This document shows, piece after piece, positions 54,861 through 63,928 of a DNA stretch of 64,000 nucleotides. The notes beneath the pieces were generated by a model that saw only the letters and a list, made by a program, of their open reading frames with translations, had not been told where the DNA came from and searched no databases. The position numbers and the translations under genes were made by a program. How positions within the stretch are numbered: position 1 is the first letter of the stretch; each line of letters opens with the position of its first letter. Source of the DNA: an uncultured Selenomonadales bacterium (GTDB lineage Bacteria; Bacillota; Negativicutes; Selenomonadales; Selenomonadaceae); NCBI GenBank assembly GCA_937910665.1, contig CALEPR010000036.1, forward strand, positions 1,198 through 65,197. The letters run 5' to 3'.

Positions 54861-54998
54861 TTTATTTGAATAAAGGAATCCGCGCCTGAACTTCAAGATT
54901 CAGTCGGCACATCAATAATATACTACAACGTGGTAATTATGTCAAGAGCTATGAATAATTTCCGTTTATGTGACAAAACTATAAGCGGAGGTGTTATC

Positions 54999-55826
54999 GT
55001 GAAGAAAAATTTATTATCCGATAAAAAATACGCAAAAGGCACAAAGGGCTTTTACGCAGCCCTCGGCATAAGCGCCGTTATGATAGGCTCGGCTTGCTTT
55101 TTTGCCTATCAGCAGGGCGAAAAGCTCTCTGAGGATCATCTTACAGCAGAGAATAACGCATCTGTCTCGGACGAGGCAGTCGCTAATCAGGTAACGGACA
55201 TACCGAAGGTCACCACTCCTGCCTACAGAGTTACTACTCAGGCGCAGACCACGGCAGCTCCCGTCCTCACGACCGTTCAGGCAGCGACCATACCTGCCTC
55301 GGACATAATCGTGGACGAGCCATTTGAGGAAGCTGCGGCAGTCGTTCCCGATGAGCCTGCAGAGGGTATCGACCCCGTCAACGGCAGCGTGAGCGCAGGA
55401 GTGCAGAAGATTGAGAATCCGAAGTATCCCCTTGCCGAAGCAGCCGAGGTGCTCAACCCGTTCAGCGGAACAGACCTTGTGAAAAATGAGACCACCGGTT
55501 CGTGGCAGACCCACAACGGCACGGATATCGCCGCCGAGGTGGGCGCGGACGTTTTTGCCGTTTCAAACGGCGAGATAACCTCGGTCTCGAACGACCCGCT
55601 CTGGGGAGTTACCCTCGTGCTTGACCACAAAAACGGCTTTATGACCCGATACTGCGGACTCGGCGCCGATCTTTGCGTACAGGAAGGCGATATCGTCGTC
55701 AGCGGCGATCTCCTCGGAACAGTCGGCGGTACAGCAGATATTGAAAGCGCTCTTGCTCCTCATCTTCATATCGAAATGAAGCATAACGGCGCGTATATCG
55801 ACCCAATGAGCCAGATAAACCAATAA
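54999..55826 (+). CDS. M23/LytM family metallopeptidase, membrane anchored
   Basis: GTG at 54999 lies 5 nt after GGAGGTG. N-terminal TM and a C-terminal LytM domain (HNGTDIAA...HLHIEMK). Confidence 0.85.
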   Translation: MKKNLLSDKKYAKGTKGFYAALGISAVMIGSACFFAYQQGEKLSEDHLTAENNASVSDEAVANQVTDIPKVTTPAYRVTTQAQTTAAPVLTTVQAATIPASDIIVDEPFEEAAAVVPDEPAEGIDPVNGSVSAGVQKIENPKYPLAEAAEVLNPFSGTDLVKNETTGSWQTHNGTDIAAEVGADVFAVSNGEITSVSNDPLWGVTLVLDHKNGFMTRYCGLGADLCVQEGDIVVSGDLLGTVGGTADIESALAPHLHIEMKHNGAYIDPMSQINQ

Positions 55827-55849
55827 ACGCCGCAGTGCATATAGAAAAT

Positions 55850-55886
55850 TATAGTGAACGTCAAAAAGAATTTGACGTTCACTATA
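55850..55886. other. Perfect 15-bp inverted repeat
   Basis: TATAGTGAACGTCAA-aaagaat-TTGACGTTCACTATA. Confidence 0.8.
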
Positions 55887-55892
55887 ATAAAT

Positions 55893-55929
55893 GCAAACGC
55901 CAAAGCATTTTACCGTTTGCTATATTTTT
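55893..55929 (+). terminator. Rho-independent terminator after the M23 peptidase gene
   Basis: GCAAACG (55893-55899) pairs with CGTTTGC (55914-55920), followed by TATATTTTT. Confidence 0.55.
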
Positions 55930-55968
55930 GCAGGCTGAGGTTTTCAGTTTTTTCTTTAGAACTTGTTC

Positions 55969-56565
55969 TTAATATCCAAGCACAACGAGCTCCTCACCGC
56001 TATGGTCGTAGTCCCCTCCTCCGCTGTCGGGAGAGGTAGTAGTCTGTGTACTGCTGCCGACCGTACCGTCCGAGCCCGAATGGTAGCTCTTGATAAAATC
56101 GGCAAAGAATCCGTCAAAGTCCTCATAGCCCATAGCCGACCAGTACTTATCAAACTTCGGGTCCTGATATTTGCGGAAGTGCTCGGGAACTTCGCCCGTT
56201 TCATCATATTCGCTGATTATTGCAGTGTCGTTGTTGACAAAGTACACAAAGTCGGGCATCACCTTTACCATTATCATTACATAGAACGAAAAGATGAAGG
56301 CGGATATGAGCGATACAACTATCCCTATTATCGCAAACGCCTTGCCGCCTCTGTGTGAAGCCAGCGAGACTATCGCCATGACCACTGCGAGCGGAACTGC
56401 AATTATACTCAGCATTCCGCTGCACAGGATAAGGTTCACCAGCGCTATAACAAAAGCCGCTATCGCAAGACCTTTTCCGGAACCCTTATCCTTTCTCGGT
56501 GCAGGGGTTGGTCTCATATCATACTGACCTGCACCATACTGATCTGTGTAATACTGATTATCCAT
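55969..56565 (-). CDS. DUF4190-like membrane protein
   Basis: 198 aa: Tyr/Gln-rich N-terminus, 3-4 TM helices (GLAIAAFVIALVNLILC...), and a soluble acidic tail. Confidence 0.65.
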   Translation of the reverse strand: MDNQYYTDQYGAGQYDMRPTPAPRKDKGSGKGLAIAAFVIALVNLILCSGMLSIIAVPLAVVMAIVSLASHRGGKAFAIIGIVVSLISAFIFSFYVMIMVKVMPDFVYFVNNDTAIISEYDETGEVPEHFRKYQDPKFDKYWSAMGYEDFDGFFADFIKSYHSGSDGTVGSSTQTTTSPDSGGGDYDHSGEELVVLGY

Positions 56566-56574
56566 TTTTCCTCC

Positions 56575-57522
56575 TTAAAGACTTGTTTCCCAGAGCCAGT
56601 TGCGCACCTCAAGCTCCTCCAGATTATACGGAGTCTTCTGATAAACGCAGTAGTTGAGCCAGTTGGAAAACATAAGATTAGCCGTACACCTCCACGAAAA
56701 TACCGGAACATTATCCGGGTCATCGTTCGGAAAATAATTGTAAGGGAGCTGGATATCTATCCCCTTTTCGAGATCGCGGCGGTACTCGTTGGCAATGGTA
56801 TCGCGGTCATACTCGGAATGTCCCGTTATGAAGTACTGTCTGCCGTTCTTGTTGGCGACGATGTGGACGCCGGAAATATCCGACGAGGTAAGTATCTCAA
56901 GCTGTGGGATCCGCTCGATATCCTCGCGGCGGATCTCGGTGTTCCTTGAATGCGGCACGTAGAATATATCGTCGAAGCCTCTCAGAAGCTGACTGTTGCT
57001 GACCTCAGCCCTGTGGGGGAAAATGCCGAACATCTTACGTTCGAGCTGATACTTAGGTATCCCGTAGTGGTAGTAAAGTCCTGCCTGAGCCGCCCAGCAG
57101 ATGTAAAGGGTCGAGAAAACGTGAGTTTTTGACCATTCCATTATGCTGCATATCTCGTCCCAGTAATCGACCTCCTCGTATTCGAGCAGTTCTACGGGCG
57201 CTCCCGTGATTATCATGCCGTCGTAGCGGTTATTTTTAATCTCTGCAAAGGTCTTGTAGAACGCCTCGAGGTGGTGCTTCGAGGTATTGCGCGAGGTATG
57301 CGAAGCCATTTGCAGCAGGTCGATATCCACCTGCAAGGGGGTGTTGCTCAGCAGCCTGAGAAGCTGACTTTCCGTCTCTATCTTCTTTGGCATTATGTTG
57401 AGTATTACCACCTTAAGCGGACGGATATCCTGATGCTCCGCCCTTTCCTTTGACATTACAAATATATTTTCTTCTCCAAGCGTTTTGAATGCCGGGAGTT
57501 CAGAAGAAATACGTATTGGCAT
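56575..57522 (-). CDS. metA: Homoserine O-acyltransferase (MetA family)
   Basis: 315 aa with [10 protein letters not shown], the active-site region [13 protein letters not shown] and HSRNTE. Confidence 0.92.
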   Translation of the reverse strand: MPIRISSELPAFKTLGEENIFVMSKERAEHQDIRPLKVVILNIMPKKIETESQLLRLLSNTPLQVDIDLLQMASHTSRNTSKHHLEAFYKTFAEIKNNRYDGMIITGAPVELLEYEEVDYWDEICSIMEWSKTHVFSTLYICWAAQAGLYYHYGIPKYQLERKMFGIFPHRAEVSNSQLLRGFDDIFYVPHSRNTEIRREDIERIPQLEILTSSDISGVHIVANKNGRQYFITGHSEYDRDTIANEYRRDLEKGIDIQLPYNYFPNDDPDNVPVFSWRCTANLMFSNWLNYCVYQKTPYNLEELEVRNWLWETSL

Positions 57523-57640
57523 TTCAAATCGCTCCTTTCCGTTTAGATATTAGAGATCAGAGTTTAGATCTATGAGTCTCTGCTTCCCCCCTCATGCGGA
57601 GAGCAGCTTCCCGATTTAAAAATTCCCGCACCATATTTAC

Positions 57641-57692
57641 TCCCGCGAGCGATAGCAGACTATCTGCTTTCGCTCAACTGCACTATCATTAA
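57641..57692 (-). repeat. Dispersed intergenic repeat, copy D (in the metA leader)
   Basis: The minus strand reads TTAATGATAGTGCAGTTGAGCGAAAGCAGATAGTCTGCTATCGCTCGCGGGA. It includes a 12-bp hairpin (one mismatch): AGCGAAAGCAGA/TCTGCTATCGCT. Confidence 0.7.
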
Positions 57693-57836
57693 TGATGAAT
57701 CATTCACGCAAATAAATGCACAGGAGCGCATCTTTGCCCTTAACCTTTGCAGGGCTCTGCCCTGCACCCGCTAAAGGGGCAGTCGCCCCTTTAGCCGGGG
57801 TTCGGGGACAGCGTCCCCGGATAAACAAAATACAAA

Positions 57837-57862
57837 GAGGGCGGACTTGAAAGTCCGCCCTT
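57837..57862 (-). terminator. Rho-independent terminator after the glycyl-radical gene
   Basis: On the minus strand AGGGCGGACTT-tca-AAGTCCGCCCT is followed by CTTTGTATTTTGTTT. Confidence 0.7.
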
Positions 57863-57865
57863 GCA

Positions 57866-58105
57866 TCAGAGTGATGAGTGGAATGTTCTTGAGATAACGT
57901 CGTCCTGCTGCTCCTTGGTGAGCTTGACGAAGTTGACTGCGTAGCCCGAAACTCTTACCGTGAGCTGGGGGTACTTCTCGGGGTGAGCCTGAGCGTCGAG
58001 GAGCGTTTCCTTGGTGAAAACGTTTACGTTGAGGTGATGACCGCCCTTTTCGACATACCCGTCGATCAGTTCGATTAGGTTATCTACCTGTTTCTGATTA
58101 TCCAT
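57866..58105 (-). CDS. grcA: Stand-alone glycyl-radical domain protein (GrcA/YfiD-like; C-terminal domain of PFL)
   Basis: 79 aa. [55 protein letters not shown] matches the PFL/GrcA radical domain, including RVSGY. It has its own AGGAGG SD. Confidence 0.9.
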   Translation of the reverse strand: MDNQKQVDNLIELIDGYVEKGGHHLNVNVFTKETLLDAQAHPEKYPQLTVRVSGYAVNFVKLTKEQQDDVISRTFHSSL

Positions 58106-58120
58106 AATATAGTTCCTCCT

Positions 58121-58333
58121 TTATTCTTCGTCGCCGAATTCCTCGGTAGGCTGCATACAAGCGCCCTTTGCGCCCGAGCAGTCCGTACTTTTTACGGTCT
58201 GCACGCTTACCTGCGGGGAATTCCCGTTTACCGATATATTAACGTGTCCGCTGCCCTGAGCCATGAGCTTATCTATCAGGTCGGCGAGCTCCTCCGGGTC
58301 GTCCGGAGCTTTAATGATATCCTGCTGCGTCAT
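58121..58333 (-). CDS. Small acidic ORF between the PFL core and the radical domain
   Basis: 70 aa. ATGA overlap with the PFL core stop. The segment [21 protein letters not shown] resembles [20 protein letters not shown] of the next gene. No glycine-radical motif. Confidence 0.55.
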   Translation of the reverse strand: MTQQDIIKAPDDPEELADLIDKLMAQGSGHVNISVNGNSPQVSVQTVKSTDCSGAKGACMQPTEEFGDEE

Positions 58334-60393
58334 TCTTCACCTCTGAGCTTGTCGAGGTCGATATCTCCGACGAAAATGTCAGCGTCCTTGCCGAGCGCGT
58401 TGGGGATTATCGAGAAGGTATTCGAGATACCGTCCTGAGCGTGGCGGAATGGGAGCTTTGCTACGGACGAGAGCGAGGCGACTGCGCCGTGGGTATCTCT
58501 GCCGTGCATGGGGTTAGCTCCGGGAGCGAGCGGAACTCCCTGTTTTCTTCCGTCGGGAGTATTGCCGGTCTTTTTGCCGTAAACCACGTTTGAGGTGATG
58601 GTCAGTATCGACATCGTGGGAACGCCGTCGCGGTAGGTGTGGTGTTTGCGTATGCAGTCCATGAACTTGCGGACTACGGTCACGGCGATATCGTCCACGC
58701 GGTCGTCGTTGTTGCCGTATTTGGGGAAATCTCCCTCAACCTCATAGTCTGTGACGATGCCGTTCTCATCGCGTATCACCTTGACCTTTGCGTACTTTAT
58801 AGCCGAGAGTGAGTCCGCAACGACGGAAAGCCCTGCGATACCGGTCGCGAAATAGCGCTTTACATCGCGGTCGTGGAGCGCCATTTGCAGCTTCTCATAG
58901 CAGTATTTATCGTGCATATAGTGGATAACGTTGAGCGTGTTGACGTAAAGACCTGCGAGCCATTCCATCATTGCCTCGTACTTATCCCATACGTCATCAA
59001 AGTCGAGGTAATCGCCCTCAACGGGACGGAATTTCGGTCCTACCTGAACCTTCATTCTCTCGTCCACACCGCCGTTTATCGCGTAAAGCAGGCACTTGGC
59101 GAGGTTAGCACGCGCGCCGAAGAACTGCATTTCCTTGCCGACCCTCATTGAGGATACACAGCAGGCGATAGCGTAGTCGTCGCCGTGGATAACTCTCATC
59201 ATGTCATCGTTCTCGTACTGTATAGATGAAGTCCTTATCGACATTTTAGCGCAGTATTCCTTGAACTTCCTCGGGAGCTTCTGAGACCAGAGGACGGTCA
59301 TATTCGGTTCGGGAGCCGTGCCGAGGTTTTCGAGCGTATGGAGGTAGCGGAAGCTGTTTTTCGTTACGAGGTGGTGACCGTCAACATCGACTCCGCCGAT
59401 AGACTCTGTTATCCATGTGGGGTCGCCCGAGAAGAGCTCGTTATATTCGGGAGTTCGTGCGAACTTCACGATACGCAGCTTCATGATGAAGTGGTCGATG
59501 AGCTCCTGAGCCTGCTGTTCGGTGATGATGCCCTTTTCGAGGTCGCGCTGGATATAGATATCGAGGAAGGTGGAGGTGCGTCCGAGTGACATAGCCGCTC
59601 CGTTCTGCTCCTTTACAGCGGCGAGGTAGCCGAAATACAGCCACTGAACGGCTTCCTTGGCGGTTGCGGCGGGCTTTGAGATGTCGAAGCCGTAGATACT
59701 TCCGAGCTCTCTGAGCTCCTCAAGGGCGCGGACCTGTTCCGCGAGCTCCTCACGCAGACGGATATTTTTCGAGGTCATTCTGATGAGGGAGGTATCTATC
59801 TGGTGTTTTTTGTCCTCTATGAGCCTGTCCACGCCGTAGAGGGCAACGCGCCTGTAATCGCCGATTATACGTCCTCTGCCGTAGGCGTCGGGGAGTCCGG
59901 TGATGATAGCGGATTTTCTTGCAAGGCGCATTTCGGGGGTATAAGCGTCGAAAACGCCCTGATTATGGGTCTTTCTGTATTTTGTGAATATTTTTACTAT
60001 TTCGGGGTCTACCTCATAGCCGTAATTTTCACACGCCTTCTGAGCCATTCTGATACCGCCGAAGGGCTGAAGCGAACGCTTGAAGGGCTTGTCCGTCTGG
60101 AGCCCGACGATCTGTTCGAGATCTTTATTGAGATAGCCTGCAGGGTGAGAGGTTATGGTCGAGACGATCTTTGTATCCATATCGAGGACACCGCCTGCCT
60201 CGCGCTCCTGACGTGAAAGCTCCATTATCTGATCCCAGAGCTGTTTTGTTGCCTCGGTAGGAGGTTCAAGGAAGCTCTCGTCCCCGTCGTAGGGGGTATA
60301 ATTCTTCTTGATGAAGTCTCTGACGTTTACGGAGGTATTGCTCCAGCGTCCCTCGCGGAAGCCTTCCCACTCATTTGCCCATGTTTTGGTCAT
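58330..60393 (-). CDS. pflB: Pyruvate formate-lyase catalytic core lacking the glycyl-radical domain
   Basis: 687 aa. Active-site [12 protein letters not shown] is present. The sequence is collinear with PFL up to [12 protein letters not shown] and then ends after 15 unrelated residues. Confidence 0.88.
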   Translation of the reverse strand: MTKTWANEWEGFREGRWSNTSVNVRDFIKKNYTPYDGDESFLEPPTEATKQLWDQIMELSRQEREAGGVLDMDTKIVSTITSHPAGYLNKDLEQIVGLQTDKPFKRSLQPFGGIRMAQKACENYGYEVDPEIVKIFTKYRKTHNQGVFDAYTPEMRLARKSAIITGLPDAYGRGRIIGDYRRVALYGVDRLIEDKKHQIDTSLIRMTSKNIRLREELAEQVRALEELRELGSIYGFDISKPAATAKEAVQWLYFGYLAAVKEQNGAAMSLGRTSTFLDIYIQRDLEKGIITEQQAQELIDHFIMKLRIVKFARTPEYNELFSGDPTWITESIGGVDVDGHHLVTKNSFRYLHTLENLGTAPEPNMTVLWSQKLPRKFKEYCAKMSIRTSSIQYENDDMMRVIHGDDYAIACCVSSMRVGKEMQFFGARANLAKCLLYAINGGVDERMKVQVGPKFRPVEGDYLDFDDVWDKYEAMMEWLAGLYVNTLNVIHYMHDKYCYEKLQMALHDRDVKRYFATGIAGLSVVADSLSAIKYAKVKVIRDENGIVTDYEVEGDFPKYGNNDDRVDDIAVTVVRKFMDCIRKHHTYRDGVPTMSILTITSNVVYGKKTGNTPDGRKQGVPLAPGANPMHGRDTHGAVASLSSVAKLPFRHAQDGISNTFSIIPNALGKDADIFVGDIDLDKLRGEE

Positions 60394-60653
60394 GATCCCA
60401 GCACTCCTTTACAGTTAAAAATAACTTTATATAGTTATTGTTCCCGCGGTCGGCTTCTGGCTTATTGTCTGTATTGCACGGCAGCTCTTCAAGAGCTGAT
60501 CGGGGGAGCAATAAAAATGACCTTACAAATACAATGATACCACATTGTCTAATAATTGTCAATCTCCGTGTTAACTTAAGCTATCAGAAAATATCTGAAA
60601 TTTCAGCGGATAATTTGGTGATTTGTGAGAAGCCGGTGTTGAAAAGTATATGT

Positions 60654-61865
60654 TCACTTCCTTACAGACTTCTTTGAAGAAGCCGGCTTTGACTTTTTGG
60701 GCGGCTTTTTGCCGGAGCTTTTGTTTTCGGGGCGAGATTTTATCCCGAGCTCCTTCTCTTTGCTTTCGAGCTTTTCAAAGCTGAGCTTGTATATCGTCGC
60801 CGCGAGCGGAACGCCAAGAAGCATTCCCAGTATGCCGAAAAGTCCGCCGCCTACCGTTACCGCTGCGAGCACCCATAAGCTCGGAAGCCCCACAGATGAA
60901 CCGACTACCTTCGGGTATATCACATTTCCCTCGAATTGCTGGAGGATTATCAGGAAGATGATGAAGATCACCGCCTGCATCGGGTCCACAGTGAGGATAA
61001 TGAAGGCACTTATCCCCGCGCCTATGAAGGCTCCGACTATGGGGATAAGGGCGGTAATGCCGACAAGAGTCCCCGACATAGCCGCATACGGCAGCCTGAG
61101 CACCTTCATGCCGAGAAAGCAAAGCGTTCCCAGTATTATCGCCTCGATAAACTGCCCTACAAAGAAGCTACGGAAGGTATCGTTTGCTGTGTGGTATATG
61201 TGCCTGAACCTTTTGTTGAAGTCATCGCTGAAATAGGCGTTCATGCCCCTCTTGACATCAGCGCAGAGCTTATCCTTGCGCAGAAGCATATATATCGCAA
61301 AAATTATCCCGAGGACTATGTTCGTAACTGTTACGGTTATACCGCCGATGATGCCGACAGCCGAGCTCAGTATGCCTGCAAGCCCCGTGGTGAGTATGCC
61401 CGTGGCTTTTTCCGCAATGGAAGCCCAGTCGAATTCTATCTCGCTTAAGCTTTTCTGGATATCGGGGTATTCCTGAAGCTTGCCGATGACGAGGTCCCTC
61501 AGCTTTATGAACTGGGGAGGTATTTCATCGTAGAGCACCCCGAAAGCCTCGGCGACCTCGGGTATCACTATATTCAGTATCATTACGATGATAGCCGCTG
61601 TAAGTGCAAATGAAAATACAAGGCATACCGGACGGCGCGTTATCGCGGCAAAGCGCGTATCCGAAGAGGGGAAATAGTGCTTTTCAAAAAAGTTCATCAG
61701 GATATTGAAGATGTATGCGATAACGCAGCCGATGATGAAGGGCTTTACCGCGCTGAGCGCTATGGCAAACAGCTTTGATATCACAGAGAAGTTCTGTACC
61801 GTCACGCATACCGCTACTGCGAGGACGGCGATAAATATATATCGTTTTATCTCTTTTTTGTCCAT
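60654..61865 (-). CDS. AI-2E family transporter (PerM/UPF0118)
   Basis: 403 aa with 8 TM segments and the conserved late motif QQFEGNVIYPKVVGSSVGLP. Lys-rich C-terminal tail. Confidence 0.85.
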   Translation of the reverse strand: MDKKEIKRYIFIAVLAVAVCVTVQNFSVISKLFAIALSAVKPFIIGCVIAYIFNILMNFFEKHYFPSSDTRFAAITRRPVCLVFSFALTAAIIVMILNIVIPEVAEAFGVLYDEIPPQFIKLRDLVIGKLQEYPDIQKSLSEIEFDWASIAEKATGILTTGLAGILSSAVGIIGGITVTVTNIVLGIIFAIYMLLRKDKLCADVKRGMNAYFSDDFNKRFRHIYHTANDTFRSFFVGQFIEAIILGTLCFLGMKVLRLPYAAMSGTLVGITALIPIVGAFIGAGISAFIILTVDPMQAVIFIIFLIILQQFEGNVIYPKVVGSSVGLPSLWVLAAVTVGGGLFGILGMLLGVPLAATIYKLSFEKLESKEKELGIKSRPENKSSGKKPPKKSKPASSKKSVRK

Positions 61866-61974
61866 GTATAAACTAAACTACCTTTCTGAACGTCAATGAT
61901 TTCCACTTATATTATACAACACAACCTGTAGGAAATCAACAGGTCGTTCGTAAAAATTTGGTAAACAGCGAGCC

Positions 61975-62003
61975 TTGACCGTTTGTCCGGAGAATGGTAT
62001 AAT
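61975..62003 (+). promoter_or_regulatory. Sigma70-like promoter with extended -10 upstream of the GGDEF gene
   Basis: TTGACC, 17-nt spacer ending in TGg, then TATAAT (61998-62003). Confidence 0.55.
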
Positions 62004-62030
62004 ATACTAAAACGGCAAAGGAGGTCGTAC

Positions 62031-63821
62031 ATGAACGCTGCAAACGATTTTCTGAATGAACAGATGTACAGCATGGGCAGGGTCATCGTTGACAGGAGCT
62101 TTCATACCCAGAGCGCCGATGAGGCGTTTTTCAGCTACTTCGGCAACGACGTTATATACTCCATAAGGCGTACTATAGACGATGAGGATTTCCCGAGGAT
62201 ACAGGAATGCATAGACAGCATCGCGGAAGGAGAGCTGCGCCGCACGGTCATCAGGGTCAAGGGGATAAACGGCTATATCCGCTGGGCGCTCGCCTCAGTC
62301 AGGCTCACCGATAACACTCCTGACCGGCAGCTTTTCGAGATAGCCTTCAGCGATATATATTCCCTCGAAAGCCTTGCTTACGGCAAGGAGCGGCAGGTCT
62401 CGGAATACCGCTATGTCCTCAGCCTCATAAGCGACCTCGCCTTTGAGTATCGCTTCGAGACAAAGCGGATACGCATTTATATGTACGACTGCTGCCGCGA
62501 TATCGTCCTCGTTGACGCCGACCTCGAGCAATGGCGGAAAGACGCGCTCGACCGCGGCTATGTTCTCTCGCGCTATGCCGAGACCTTCAACAGCCTCTGC
62601 CGCGATATCAGCAGCGGCGTTTACCGCTTTGACTATGAATTCGAGTCATCGCTGCTCACCTCCGGCAAGACGAGAGAGATGTGCCTTTTCAGGGGTATAA
62701 CCCGCTATGACGACCCGGATTCCAAAAAGGTAACGGGCATAATCTCATCTGTCAGCTCGGGACGCAAAAGCAAGGACGTAAACCTCGCCCTCGAAGCGAA
62801 CAAGGACTCGCTCTCGGGTTTGCTCAACAAGCGCGCCATAACCTCGTTCGCTCAGCAGATACTTGCCGGAAAACCTCAGTATAACGTCAATCTGGTGATA
62901 CTCGATATCGACAACTTCACGGACATAAACAACAGCTACGGTCATCTTTTCGGCGATGAGGTCATCTACACGATAGCGCGCATAATCAAGACCGAGATAG
63001 GTACGCGCGGACTTGCCGGAAGAATAAGCGGCGGCGGATACCTCATAGTCCTCGAGGACACCCGCGATGAGACCGACCTGCGCGGTATCCTCCGCGCTAT
63101 CCGCACCAAGACTGAGTTCGCATTCAGCGACCGCTTTGAGAACTTCCGCCTGACTTGCTCTATGGGAGTTTCGACCTATCCTATAGATAGTATGGATTAC
63201 GACGAGCTTTTTATGCAGGCGGACAAGGCGCTGTATCTCGCTCAGGAAAAGGGTCAGAACCGATACGTCATCTACGATATCGCAAAGCACGGTCCCGTTG
63301 AAAAGGACATCGAGAACAAAATTGCCTTCCTCAGCGGAAAGGGGGAGGCTTCCGAGAAGCTTTCATTCGTGGGACAGCTTGCGGAATGGCTCGTGCTCGG
63401 GCGGACTCCCGACATCTCGGTGCTGCTCGAACAGATACGCCTGTGCTTCGGTATAGATGATATCTGCGTATTCGCAGGCAACGACATGAGCCTCATACTA
63501 AGCTGCGGAAACGCCGTTTCAAAAAATGCGGCTTACCTTTTATCAAATGATTATACGGGAAGATTTTCGGGCGACGGTATATTCGTCATCGACAATGTAA
63601 ACGAGCTTGAAGGGCGCGACGACAACGCTTTTGAACAGCTTACCGACCAGAATATCGGCGGCGCTGTCCAGTACCTCATTACCGAGGACAGCATTGTCAA
63701 GGGGGTCATCTCGTTCTGCTACATAGGGCGGTTCAAGAAATGGGCTGTCTCGGACATCAACTACCTCGCTATCATAGGGCGGACGGTCACGGCTCTGCTG
63801 AAAAAGCAGGCGTACATCTGA
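62031..63821 (+). CDS. GGDEF-domain protein with degenerate active site, flanked by N- and C-terminal sensor-like domains
   Basis: ATG at 62031 follows an AAAGGAGG SD. The central domain has DIDNFTDINNSYGHLFGDEV...GRISGGGYLIVL...ADKALYLAQEKGQNRY, with SGGGY in place of GGDEF. Confidence 0.8.
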   Translation: MNAANDFLNEQMYSMGRVIVDRSFHTQSADEAFFSYFGNDVIYSIRRTIDDEDFPRIQECIDSIAEGELRRTVIRVKGINGYIRWALASVRLTDNTPDRQLFEIAFSDIYSLESLAYGKERQVSEYRYVLSLISDLAFEYRFETKRIRIYMYDCCRDIVLVDADLEQWRKDALDRGYVLSRYAETFNSLCRDISSGVYRFDYEFESSLLTSGKTREMCLFRGITRYDDPDSKKVTGIISSVSSGRKSKDVNLALEANKDSLSGLLNKRAITSFAQQILAGKPQYNVNLVILDIDNFTDINNSYGHLFGDEVIYTIARIIKTEIGTRGLAGRISGGGYLIVLEDTRDETDLRGILRAIRTKTEFAFSDRFENFRLTCSMGVSTYPIDSMDYDELFMQADKALYLAQEKGQNRYVIYDIAKHGPVEKDIENKIAFLSGKGEASEKLSFVGQLAEWLVLGRTPDISVLLEQIRLCFGIDDICVFAGNDMSLILSCGNAVSKNAAYLLSNDYTGRFSGDGIFVIDNVNELEGRDDNAFEQLTDQNIGGAVQYLITEDSIVKGVISFCYIGRFKKWAVSDINYLAIIGRTVTALLKKQAYI

Positions 63822-63928
63822 CAAGCTGAGCGCGGTGTCCGCGCTGCCAATCCACGTTGCCGCGCTTACGCGCTCACTTTCACCAACGCCCTCAGTCGTA
63901 CATCGCACAACTGCACTTTAATTAATTA

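Noticed and set aside
57523-57865. SAM-I riboswitch upstream of metA
   Set aside because: I could not find the conserved S-box core sequences by eye. The region is reported only as an unexplained structured leader.
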